In this document: piece after piece, positions 35,863 through 44,575 of the stretch
How the letters are laid out: the number at the start of each line of letters is the position of its first letter
How positions within the stretch are numbered: the first letter of the stretch is position 1
From: an uncultured Clostridia bacterium
GTDB lineage: Bacteria > Bacillota > Clostridia > Oscillospirales > Ruminococcaceae
Length of the DNA: 64,000 bases
NCBI GenBank assembly: GCA_946545645.1
Contig: CAMNNQ010000161.1
Coordinates: 4,876-68,875 of the forward strand
Reading direction: 5' to 3'
Position numbers and translations under genes: made by a program
Notes under the pieces: model-generated
What the model was told of the DNA's origin: nothing
What the model saw: only the letters and a program-made list of their open reading frames with translations
Databases searched by the model: none

Positions 35863-36402
35863 ATGAGAAAACCAACGCTTATCATAGGAAAAAAGCAGAT
35901 CGCTCTTGCCGGGCTGACTCTTCTTCTGGGGACAGCAGTATATGTAAACTATGCCGTATCTTCCGGCAGCAATGAGCTGAAAACTACTGACAAGGTGAAT
36001 ACCCGTACAGTTAATTACGGCGAAACTCAGCTTGTAAGCACTGAGCCTGAAGAGGATTACTTTGCCAAAGCACGCTTAGACCGTATGACCTCACGCGATA
36101 AAGCAGTAGAGACTTTGAAAATGGTCCTAAGCGGAGGGGATTCAACCGATGAAGAGAAATCAGTTGCCACTAAGGAGGCTGCTGCTATGAGCGGTCTTAT
36201 TGAGTCAGAAAGCAAGGTAGAATCATTGATCAAGGCCGCAGGCTTTGAGGAATGTGTTGTTTATCTTGACGGAAAGACCGCGAATATCGTCGTAAGATCG
36301 CCTCAGGGGCTTATTGACAGTGAAGCAGCACAGATAAAAGACATTCTGCTGGGAGAAGTCAATGTTGAAAACGAAAACATAAGAATATTCGATGTCGATT
36401 AA
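35863..36402 (+). CDS. spoIIIAH: Stage III sporulation protein AH
   Basis: KKQI..L..AVYVNY, DYFAKARLDR, ESLIKAAGFEECVV, AQIKDI. Confidence 0.92.
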   Translation: MRKPTLIIGKKQIALAGLTLLLGTAVYVNYAVSSGSNELKTTDKVNTRTVNYGETQLVSTEPEEDYFAKARLDRMTSRDKAVETLKMVLSGGDSTDEEKSVATKEAAAMSGLIESESKVESLIKAAGFEECVVYLDGKTANIVVRSPQGLIDSEAAQIKDILLGEVNVENENIRIFDVD

Positions 36403-36439
36403 ATTTTTTTGATTTTATCAGAAAATTTCTTATAAACTG

Positions 36440-36468
36440 TTGTACTATTTGAAATAATGTGCTATAAT
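36440..36468 (+). promoter_or_regulatory. sigma-A promoter of the asp23-nusB...recN operon
   Basis: TTGTAC-N17-TATAAT with extended TG. Confidence 0.7.
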
Positions 36469-36539
36469 AGTATATATATTCAGTTTAGTATGGGCAGTTA
36501 TGCCTGCCTGCGGAATTTTCTGATAAGGAGGCTCTTATA

Positions 36540-36893
36540 ATGAGTCAGTTTGACAAAAATATCGTTAAATCGCTTCATGTAAGCTCAGATGCCATAATCG
36601 ATGTGATCGCTAATGCGGCTCTGGAGGTTGAGGGTGTTTCAGCTATCGCCCGCGCAGCCAAGAAAAAGCCCGCTTCCTTTATTTTCAAAGATAAAGATAC
36701 AAGGGCTATCAAGATAAAACACAATGACGATGTTCTTGCTGTTGATCTCGGAATAATAATTAAAAGCGGAGCTAAAGCTGTTTCAACCGCCGAAGAGGTA
36801 CAGAATAAGGTAAAGAGCGCTGTTCAGAATATGCTCAATCTTACTGTAACAAAAGTTAATGTAAAAATCTGCGATACTGCTGTTGAAGAATAA
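36540..36893 (+). CDS. Asp23/Gls24 family protein (YqhY-like)
   Basis: IANAALEVEGV, VQNKVKSAVQNMLNLTVTKVNVKI; upstream of nusB. Confidence 0.9.
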   Translation: MSQFDKNIVKSLHVSSDAIIDVIANAALEVEGVSAIARAAKKKPASFIFKDKDTRAIKIKHNDDVLAVDLGIIIKSGAKAVSTAEEVQNKVKSAVQNMLNLTVTKVNVKICDTAVEE

Positions 36894-36902
36894 TTTTTGC
36901 AC

Positions 36903-36930
36903 GGCTCTCGGATGACACCGGGAGCTTTTG
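36903..36930 (+). terminator. Terminator-like hairpin between asp23 and nusB
   Basis: GCTCTCGG / CCGGGAGC stem followed by TTTT. Confidence 0.45.
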
Positions 36931-36964
36931 GTGCGTTATAATGTTTATTTAAGGATGTGTTTGT

Positions 36965-37378
36965 GTGCCAGCTAAAAGAAGAGATGTCAGAGAATCAGCT
37001 TTTATCCTGACATTTGAGATGCTTTTCAGGGACGATCCTGTTGAAGAGATCTTTGAATCTGCCGCCGCTCTTGATGATGTCGTTGTGAACGATGAGATCA
37101 AGTCAGTCGTCAGGGGAGTCATTGAAAACAGCGATTCTCTCGATCAGAAGATCGCTGCTTTTTCGGATAAGCGTTCGATCGCCAGGATCCCCAGGATCAA
37201 CCTTGCTATCCTGAGGCTCGCAATATATGAAGCGCTCTATGATGATAAAGTGCCTGTAAATGTCGCGATCAGCGAAGCTGTTAAGCTTGCAGAAAAGTAT
37301 GCTTTTGAGTCTGATGTTTCGTTTATCAACGGCATTTTAGGCTCTTTTGCAAGAGATCTGGAGAAGTCAGATGCCTGA
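36965..37378 (+). CDS. nusB: Transcription antitermination factor NusB
   Basis: RRDVRESAF, RINLAILRLAIYE, VAISEAVKLAEKY, FINGILG. Confidence 0.96.
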   Translation: MPAKRRDVRESAFILTFEMLFRDDPVEEIFESAAALDDVVVNDEIKSVVRGVIENSDSLDQKIAAFSDKRSIARIPRINLAILRLAIYEALYDDKVPVNVAISEAVKLAEKYAFESDVSFINGILGSFARDLEKSDA

Positions 37379-38312
37379 GTTTCTTGGTATTGATACCAGC
37401 AATTATACTACATCGGCCGCTATCTTATCTACCGATGATATGACTGTCCGACAGGCAAAGAAACTGCTGCCCGTGAAAAGCGGTGAAAAAGGGATAAGGC
37501 AGTCTGATGCGGTTTTTCATCATACTGTTGCTCTTCCGGGAATGATCGCATCTGTCGCAAACGGTGCGATCCCTGACGGGATCGGAGTTTCGGTTCGTCC
37601 GAGATCTGCCGAAGGTTCATATATGCCATGCTTTTTGGTCGGAGAGTCTGCAGCAGATTCTATTGGCTCTGTTTGCGGTATCGTTCCCGATAAGACCTCA
37701 CATCAGGTCGGACATATTCTCGCAGCGCTCTATTCTTGCGGGGAGCTCGCTCTTCTGAAAGGCAGCAAGCCTTTTATTGCTTTTCATGTCAGTGGAGGAA
37801 CAACAGATATGCTGTTGTGTTCGCCCGATAAAGCTGATGTGTTACGTATCGAAGAACTTGGTCACTCTCTCGATCTTAAAGCCGGACAGGCTATCGACCG
37901 TGCAGGCGTGATGCTCGGACTTGATTTTCCATGCGGACCTGAGCTTGAAAAGATCGCTTTGCTTTCAGACAGGGAGTTTAAGATCAGGCCTGTCATGCGT
38001 GGGAAAGATTGCAGCCTCTCCGGTATTGAAAACAAATGCAAAAAAATGCTTGAAAAAGGTGAGCCAAAGGAAGACATAGCGCGATTCTGCATAGATTCGG
38101 TATTATCGGCTATCAGAGCTATGACGTCCGAGGCTGTCCGTGAATACGGAGATCTTCCTTTGATCTATGCAGGGGGCGTAATGTCCAATTCTTATATTGC
38201 GGACAAGTTGTCTGAAGAATTCGGAGGAAAGTTTGCCGAGTCAAAGTATTCCAGTGATAATGCCGCCGGCGTTGCTATTTTCAGTGCTGTCAGGAGGGGT
38301 TATATCCGATGA
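37371..38312 (+). CDS. TsaD/Kae1-like ASKHA protein (divergent paralog, function unknown)
   Basis: LGIDTSNYTTSAA, SHQVGH, HVSGGTT, AGQAIDRAGVMLGLDFPCGPELE, AGGVMSN, SDNAAG. Confidence 0.85.
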   Translation: MPEFLGIDTSNYTTSAAILSTDDMTVRQAKKLLPVKSGEKGIRQSDAVFHHTVALPGMIASVANGAIPDGIGVSVRPRSAEGSYMPCFLVGESAADSIGSVCGIVPDKTSHQVGHILAALYSCGELALLKGSKPFIAFHVSGGTTDMLLCSPDKADVLRIEELGHSLDLKAGQAIDRAGVMLGLDFPCGPELEKIALLSDREFKIRPVMRGKDCSLSGIENKCKKMLEKGEPKEDIARFCIDSVLSAIRAMTSEAVREYGDLPLIYAGGVMSNSYIADKLSEEFGGKFAESKYSSDNAAGVAIFSAVRRGYIR

Positions 38313-39514
38313 GTTCGATACTTACCGTGTCTCAGCTCAGCACCTACCTTCGCCTGAAGCTACAATCCGATGTCAAGCTCAAAGGAGTAGCTGTTAAAGG
38401 CGAGATCACAGATCTCAGCCTTAATTCCAGATCCGGGCATTTGTTCTTCTCTTTGAAAGATTGCGATTCCTTGCTGAGATGCATAATGTTTTCATCGAAT
38501 GCTTCAAAGCTCACTTATGTCCCTGAAAACGGGATGAGTGTGCTCGCCTTTGGAAATATCGAGATATATCCGTTGGGGGGATATCATCAGCTTATTGCTT
38601 CTGAGTTGCAGCCTCTCGGTGCAGGGACATCTGCTCTGGGGCTTGAACAGCTTAAAAGAAAACTTGCAGCGCAAGGATTTTTTGACAGCAGTATTAAAAA
38701 GAAAATCCCGCTTATACCTAAAAAGATCGCTGTAGTTACCTCGCCTTCCGGGGCGGCGATCAGAGATATAATAAATGTTTTGGGAAGAAGATTTCCTATC
38801 GTTGAGGTCGAGATCTTTCCTACGGCTGTTCAGGGGGCCTCTGCTCCTGACAGTATATCCAAAGCGCTTTTACAGGCAGATCATTCAGGCGCGGATACTC
38901 TGATTCTTGCAAGAGGCGGAGGATCTGATGAAGACCTTTCTGCTTTTAACAGCGAAAAGGTAACTGTCTCTGTTTATAACTGTAATACCCCTGTCATTTC
39001 GGCTGTAGGGCATGAGACAGATACATCTCTTTGCGATCTTGCAGCCGATCTTCGGGCACCGACCCCATCTGCTGCTGCGGAGCTTGCGACCCCGGAGATC
39101 TCCCAGCTTATAGGAACTTTTGATCTTATCAAAACAAGACTTGATAATGCCGTTTCTGCTCTTCTGGGCAAAAATGCGGCAGACATCATGTCTATTGAGA
39201 CTGCACTCGGGCGGTTGTCTCCCGGCCTTAGAATAGAAGAAGCATTGTCCAGAGCTGCCTATTATGAACAAAAGCTGGACTTTCTGATAGATAAGAGGGT
39301 TTTCCGAGAGAACAGCGAACTTGATAGGATAGCAGCTAAACTAAGTGCTTTGAGCCCCTTCGGGATACTCGAAAGAGGCTATACAATGGTCAGCTCGGAA
39401 GGCGAAATCGTAACGTCGGTCAAACAGATAGGTGAGGGCAGTGAAGTCAGGATATCTTTCTCTGACGGTGATGCCGTCGCTAGAATAAATAAGGTGAACA
39501 GAAATGACTTATGA
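38309..39514 (+). CDS. xseA: Exodeoxyribonuclease VII large subunit
   Basis: SGHLFFSLKD, TSPSGAAIRD, ARGGGS, ISAVGHETD, RAPTPSAAAE, LERGY. Confidence 0.97.
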   Translation: MSSILTVSQLSTYLRLKLQSDVKLKGVAVKGEITDLSLNSRSGHLFFSLKDCDSLLRCIMFSSNASKLTYVPENGMSVLAFGNIEIYPLGGYHQLIASELQPLGAGTSALGLEQLKRKLAAQGFFDSSIKKKIPLIPKKIAVVTSPSGAAIRDIINVLGRRFPIVEVEIFPTAVQGASAPDSISKALLQADHSGADTLILARGGGSDEDLSAFNSEKVTVSVYNCNTPVISAVGHETDTSLCDLAADLRAPTPSAAAELATPEISQLIGTFDLIKTRLDNAVSALLGKNAADIMSIETALGRLSPGLRIEEALSRAAYYEQKLDFLIDKRVFRENSELDRIAAKLSALSPFGILERGYTMVSSEGEIVTSVKQIGEGSEVRISFSDGDAVARINKVNRNDL

Positions 39515-39689
39515 GGAAAATATAAAGCGGCTCGAAGAGATTGTCTCCGAGCTTGAAAACGGCGGGCTCCCGCTGGATAAAGCGTTGGATCTTTATAAAG
39601 AAGGCGTCGCTCTCACTGTCGATTGCAAGAAGGAGCTTGAGCGAGCTAAGCTTGTCGTAAAAACTGCTTCGGAGGATAAAAATGGATAA
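39504..39689 (+). CDS. xseB: Exodeoxyribonuclease VII small subunit
   Basis: YEENIKRLEEIVSELENGGLPLDKALDLYKEGV. Confidence 0.95.
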   Translation: MTYEENIKRLEEIVSELENGGLPLDKALDLYKEGVALTVDCKKELERAKLVVKTASEDKNG

Positions 39690-40572
39690 AAAGGTTGAAA
39701 CTGCGCTGAATGCGTATTGTGAAAAAATCGAGGCTTCTCTTACTCGCTCGACTGCCGAAAAGCCGGAGCTTCAAGGCATAGTTCTTGAAGCTATGGAGTA
39801 TTCTCTGCTTGCAGGAGGGAAACGTCTCAGACCTGTTCTGATGCTTGAGTTTTGCCGAATGTGCGGTGGAGACCCGGATAAATATATAGATATTGCCTGT
39901 ACGATCGAGATGATCCATACCTGTTCGCTGATACATGACGATCTTCCGTGTATGGATAACGACGATTTTCGCAGAGGCAGGCCTTCGTGTCATAAGGCTT
40001 TCCCGGAGAATATCGCTCTCCTTGCAGGCGACGCTCTTGAATGTCTGCCGTTTGAGGTCATCTCAGATGCGGCTCTTGAGGGAGTTATTGATCCAAGAAC
40101 AGCAGTAATGCTCTGCTCGGTGCTTGCCAAATCTATCGGAACTAACGGAATGATAGGCGGGCAGGTCATCGATCTGCAGTCGGAGGGCAAGGAGATAAGC
40201 CTTGACACTCTTAATACTTTGCAGGCCTACAAGACCGGAGCTCTTATCGAGGCTGCCTGTGTTATGGGTGTTATCCTTTCCGGAAATACAAAAATGATCC
40301 CTTATGCTGCTGCCTATGCTTCTGCGCTTGGAAGAGCTTTTCAGATCATAGATGATATACTTGATGTCACCGGGACTTTTGAGGAGCTGGGCAAACCTAT
40401 CGGCAGTGATGACGAACAGAATAAAACTACCTATGTTTCGCTCCTCGGTCTTGATCGTTCATATATCGAAGCTCAGAAGCTGACAGAGGAAGCCCTTGCT
40501 ATCCTTGACAGCTTTGATGACAGCGAATTTCTTAAGGAACTTACAAAACAGTTGCTTTCAAGACGCAACTGA
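39682..40572 (+). CDS. ispA: Farnesyl diphosphate synthase / geranyltranstransferase
   Basis: GGKRLRP, SLIHDDLPCMDNDDFRRG, KTGAL, FQIIDDILD. Confidence 0.96.
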   Translation: MDKKVETALNAYCEKIEASLTRSTAEKPELQGIVLEAMEYSLLAGGKRLRPVLMLEFCRMCGGDPDKYIDIACTIEMIHTCSLIHDDLPCMDNDDFRRGRPSCHKAFPENIALLAGDALECLPFEVISDAALEGVIDPRTAVMLCSVLAKSIGTNGMIGGQVIDLQSEGKEISLDTLNTLQAYKTGALIEAACVMGVILSGNTKMIPYAAAYASALGRAFQIIDDILDVTGTFEELGKPIGSDDEQNKTTYVSLLGLDRSYIEAQKLTEEALAILDSFDDSEFLKELTKQLLSRRN

Positions 40573-40592
40573 TATCGGAGGCTTATTACCTA

Positions 40593-42440
40593 ATGGATGA
40601 TTTTATAATTCCTGATCTTCATAATATGAAGCTCCCGAAAGATCTTAAAAAGCTGGATAAGGATCAATGTGATCTTCTTTGCTCACAGATCAGGCAGATC
40701 CTTGTTGATACGGTTTCAAAGACCGGCGGGCATCTTGCCTCTAATCTTGGATGTGTTGAGCTAACTCTGGCGATACACCGGGTTTTCGATTCTCCAAAGG
40801 ATAAGATAATATGGGATGTAGGGCATCAATCATATACACATAAGCTGCTGACCGGGCGCCTTGACAGATTTGATACTCTCCGTCAGGAGGGCGGACTTTC
40901 CGGTTTTTGCAGACCAGATGAATCTCCGCATGATGCGTTTATCAGCGGGCACAGTTCCAATTCTGTATCCGCAGGCCTGGGTATAGCTACTGCTATGAAA
41001 CTCAAAGGCAGCAAAAGATATACCGTAGTTGTCCTTGGAGACGGTGCTATGACCGGAGGTTTGGTCTATGAAGGGCTGAATAATGCCGGTAAGAGCGAGA
41101 CCAATCTGATAATCATACTTAATCATAACGAGATGTCGATCTCAAAGAATGTAGGAAGTATAGCAAAATATCTGTCTACTCTCAGGACAAAGCAATCTTA
41201 TCATAAGACCAAGGATGTCGTCGAAAAGACTCTTGATAAGACACCTCTCGTCGGCAAAGGCCTTATCAAGGCTATCAGGTCTTCTAAAAAGGCTGTTAAA
41301 AACGTTATGCTGGGAAGCACTATGTTTGAAGACTTGGGATTTAAATTTGTAGGCCCGCTGGACGGACATAATATCGAAGAGCTTGAAAACGGCTTGAAGG
41401 CGGCCAAAAGACTAAGGCAGCCCGTCATTGTCCATGTTAATACGATCAAAGGAAAGGGCTATGCTCCCGCTGAGAAAAATCCCGGGGAGTATCACGGCAT
41501 CGGTTCATTTGAGGTCGCGACAGGAAATCCTGACGTTGTATTACCTGACAGCTTTTCATCTGTTATGGGTGAGGAGCTTGTAAAGATCGGCGAAAATGAC
41601 GAAAGTATCTGTGCAGTTACCGCTGCTATGAAATACGGGACAGGGCTTCAGATGTTTGCTAAGAGATTTCCGGAGCGGTTTTTCGATGTCGGTATCGCCG
41701 AGGAACACGCGGTCACATTCTGCGGTGGGCTTGCTTCTCAGGGTATGAAGCCTGTTTTCGCAGTTTATTCATCTTTTCTGCAAAGAGGATATGACGAGCT
41801 CATACACGATCTTGCTATATGCAATACCCATGCTGTAATTTGTGTAGACAGAGCAGGTATTGTCGGCGATGACGGTGAGACACATCAGGGACTCTTTGAT
41901 ATTTCATTCCTTTCGGATATGCCTAATACGACTATTTATTCGCCTGCATCTTACAGCGAGCTCAGACTTTGCCTGAATGAAGCCGTTAATGCCGAATACG
42001 GAATCAGAGTTGTCAGATATCCGAGAGGACGCAATAGCTCCTGCTACGATCTAGGCCCGGCCTGCACAACGTATTCGCATATAAAAAACGGAGGAAGGAT
42101 CCTTGCTGTCAGCTACGGAAGGATCTCTGATAATCTGTTCAAAGCCGAGGAACAGCTCAATAACAGTGGGATAGTTTTTGATATATTAAAGCTGGTAAAG
42201 GTGTTTCCGCTGGATCAGAAGATCGTTGATATCTTCAACAGCTATGATGCTGTATTATTCTTTGAAGAGAGTTATCGCTATGGTTCCATCTCAGAAAAGT
42301 ATGCCGCGATTTGTTCAAATGTAGTGCCTTACGCAATAAACGGTTTTATTAAACAGGGGAATGTAGCTGATCTGTTGGATAAATGCGGGCTTTCGGCTGA
42401 AAAGATAGCTGAGAGGATCAAGGAGATCGCAAATGGCTGA
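40593..42440 (+). CDS. dxs: 1-deoxy-D-xylulose-5-phosphate synthase
   Basis: GGHLASNLG, WDVGHQ, GDGAMTGG, DVGIAEEHA, DRAG, GETHQG. Confidence 0.98.
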   Translation: MDDFIIPDLHNMKLPKDLKKLDKDQCDLLCSQIRQILVDTVSKTGGHLASNLGCVELTLAIHRVFDSPKDKIIWDVGHQSYTHKLLTGRLDRFDTLRQEGGLSGFCRPDESPHDAFISGHSSNSVSAGLGIATAMKLKGSKRYTVVVLGDGAMTGGLVYEGLNNAGKSETNLIIILNHNEMSISKNVGSIAKYLSTLRTKQSYHKTKDVVEKTLDKTPLVGKGLIKAIRSSKKAVKNVMLGSTMFEDLGFKFVGPLDGHNIEELENGLKAAKRLRQPVIVHVNTIKGKGYAPAEKNPGEYHGIGSFEVATGNPDVVLPDSFSSVMGEELVKIGENDESICAVTAAMKYGTGLQMFAKRFPERFFDVGIAEEHAVTFCGGLASQGMKPVFAVYSSFLQRGYDELIHDLAICNTHAVICVDRAGIVGDDGETHQGLFDISFLSDMPNTTIYSPASYSELRLCLNEAVNAEYGIRVVRYPRGRNSSCYDLGPACTTYSHIKNGGRILAVSYGRISDNLFKAEEQLNNSGIVFDILKLVKVFPLDQKIVDIFNSYDAVLFFEESYRYGSISEKYAAICSNVVPYAINGFIKQGNVADLLDKCGLSAEKIAERIKEIANG

Positions 42441-43236
42441 GCGTCTGGATGTATATCTTGTATCAAAAGGCTTGGCGCGAAGCAGAGAACGTGCAAAGCA
42501 GATGATAAAAAACGGATCAGTCAATGTAAACGGAAAAACAGTTTTTAAACCTTCGCTCCTTATCGAGACGACTGATGAAGTTACTGCATCCGAGGATCTC
42601 GGCTATGTTGGCAGGGGAGCACTAAAACTCATAAAGGCTTTTGAAGTTTTCCGGATATCATGTGAGGGCTCTGTATGTGCTGATATCGGTGCATCTACCG
42701 GAGGTTTTACACAGGTCATGCTGGAGCATGGTGCTGAAAAGATATATGCCGTAGATGTCGGCAGCGGACAGCTCGACCCCATGCTTTCTGCAGACAGCCG
42801 AGTTGTTGATCTGGAAAACACTAATGTCAAGGATCTTACTCCGGCTGTTCTGGGGCAAGCTGTGTCCTTTATGAGCGTTGATCTTTCGTTTATATCTCTT
42901 ACAAAAGTACTTGATGTTCTTGTTTCGCTTTTATGCAATGGCGGAGATATGGTCATTCTGATAAAGCCGCAGTTTGAAGCCGGAAGAAATGCTGTCGGTA
43001 AAAACGGTATTGTAAAAGACCGCAGCGAGCATATCAAAGTTCTGCTAAATGTCTCTGCATTCGCAGAAAGCTGTGGACTTAGTATAAAAGGAATGACATA
43101 TTCTCCGGTGACAGGCGGCAGCGGGAATATTGAGTATCTTGCCTGGCTTAAAAAGGAAGATACCGGATCGGTACCGGTGGATATAAGACAGCTCGTTTCG
43201 GAAGCGTTTTCCAAACTCAGGGAGAAGAAAAAATGA
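42433..43236 (+). CDS. tlyA: TlyA family rRNA 2'-O-methyltransferase
   Basis: S4 domain, YVGRGALKL, DIGASTGGFT, DLSFISL, IKPQFE, GNIEYL. Confidence 0.95.
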   Translation: MAERLDVYLVSKGLARSRERAKQMIKNGSVNVNGKTVFKPSLLIETTDEVTASEDLGYVGRGALKLIKAFEVFRISCEGSVCADIGASTGGFTQVMLEHGAEKIYAVDVGSGQLDPMLSADSRVVDLENTNVKDLTPAVLGQAVSFMSVDLSFISLTKVLDVLVSLLCNGGDMVILIKPQFEAGRNAVGKNGIVKDRSEHIKVLLNVSAFAESCGLSIKGMTYSPVTGGSGNIEYLAWLKKEDTGSVPVDIRQLVSEAFSKLREKKK

Positions 43237-44105
43237 AAGCATATATATACCCAAATCTTGATAAAAACAACTGTGCTGAATACACGCATGAAGCTTGCAC
43301 CATCCTTTCACGGAGCTCCGTTGAGCTGCTCATGGATTCTGCCTATCAAAGTATATTCGGCTCTTTAGATCTGCTCGATTATAAAACGCATGAAGAGTGT
43401 ATCGCTGATTGCGATGTCGTTATTGTTATAGGCGGCGACGGTACGATATTGAAATGCGCTGAGGCGGCAGCACGCAAAAAAAAGCCAATTCTCGGGATAA
43501 ACTGCGGAAGGCTTGGATTCATGGCTTCTTTGGAGCATGAAGATCTTGAGCTGCTTTCCGGCCTGAAAAACAGAAAATATACTGTCAGCCCCAGAATGAT
43601 GCTCTCTGTAAAGACCTCAGACGGCATAACATACAATGCTCTGAACGATATCGTTGTTTCAAAGGCTGATGACTGCAAGATCGCAGATTTCAAGGTGTCA
43701 AAAGGCGGGACCACGATATCTTATCTTCGCGCTGACGGTGTCATATTTTCGACAGCCACAGGCTCTACGGCCTATTCAATGTCTGCCGGCGGGCCAATAA
43801 TCGAACCTGAAACACGGTGTATCGAGTTTACTCAGATGTGTGCTCATTCGCTGTTTGCACGGTCTATGATCCTTCTTCCTGACAGCGAGATAAATGTGCT
43901 GCTCCATTGTGCAGAAGGGTCCCATGCAATTGTCAATGTTGACGGCAACAATATTGCCAGGATCACCGATAAAGCCGAGATTACCATTACCAGCTCGGAT
44001 CTTACACTTGATATTCTTGACCTTAAAGGAGACAGCTTCTTTGGGTCTGTCAACGAAAAACTGATGCAGCCTCTCAAGGGTTCAACAGGGGAGATATTGA
44101 AATGA
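43233..44105 (+). CDS. nadK: NAD(+) kinase
   Basis: GGDGTIL, GINCGRLGF, ALND, ADGVIFSTATGSTAYSMSAGGP. Confidence 0.96.
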   Translation: MKAYIYPNLDKNNCAEYTHEACTILSRSSVELLMDSAYQSIFGSLDLLDYKTHEECIADCDVVIVIGGDGTILKCAEAAARKKKPILGINCGRLGFMASLEHEDLELLSGLKNRKYTVSPRMMLSVKTSDGITYNALNDIVVSKADDCKIADFKVSKGGTTISYLRADGVIFSTATGSTAYSMSAGGPIIEPETRCIEFTQMCAHSLFARSMILLPDSEINVLLHCAEGSHAIVNVDGNNIARITDKAEITITSSDLTLDILDLKGDSFFGSVNEKLMQPLKGSTGEILK

Positions 44106-44560
44106 AGAACAAAAGGCAGGAGCTTATCCTGAAGCTTGTCTCGGAGAATATCGTTTCTACGCAGGACGAGCTCAGAAAACTGCTCTGCGATAACGGCTGG
44201 GATGTGACTCAGGCTACAGTCTCCAGAGATATAAATGAACTTTCTCTTCTGAAGGTTTGCTGTGAAGACGGTTCATTCAGGTATACTGTTCCTTCTCTCA
44301 GAAGAGTGACCTCTGAAGGGAACAGCTCCTTTTATTCCATCTTTTCTCAGGGCGCTGTTTCGGTAGACTACGCTCTGAATACAGTAGTAGTGAAATGCCA
44401 TACCGGCATGGCTCAGGCAGTCTGCGCCAAGCTGGACAGTACCGGCCTCGAAAATGCGGTAGGTACTATTGCCGGGGATGATACCATATTTATCCTGATG
44501 CGCACTGAACGTGATGCCGCAAGGCTCTGTAAGGAGCTTGATGCTGTTATTAACAAGTAA
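44102..44560 (+). CDS. argR: Arginine repressor
   Basis: TQDEL, TQATVSRD, GTIAGDDTIF. Confidence 0.97.
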   Translation: MKNKRQELILKLVSENIVSTQDELRKLLCDNGWDVTQATVSRDINELSLLKVCCEDGSFRYTVPSLRRVTSEGNSSFYSIFSQGAVSVDYALNTVVVKCHTGMAQAVCAKLDSTGLENAVGTIAGDDTIFILMRTERDAARLCKELDAVINK

Positions 44561-44575
44561 CGGGAGTCTATATAA

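Noticed and set aside
42603-43289. 228-aa antisense ORF opposite tlyA
   Set aside because: Shadow ORF with no independent expression signals.
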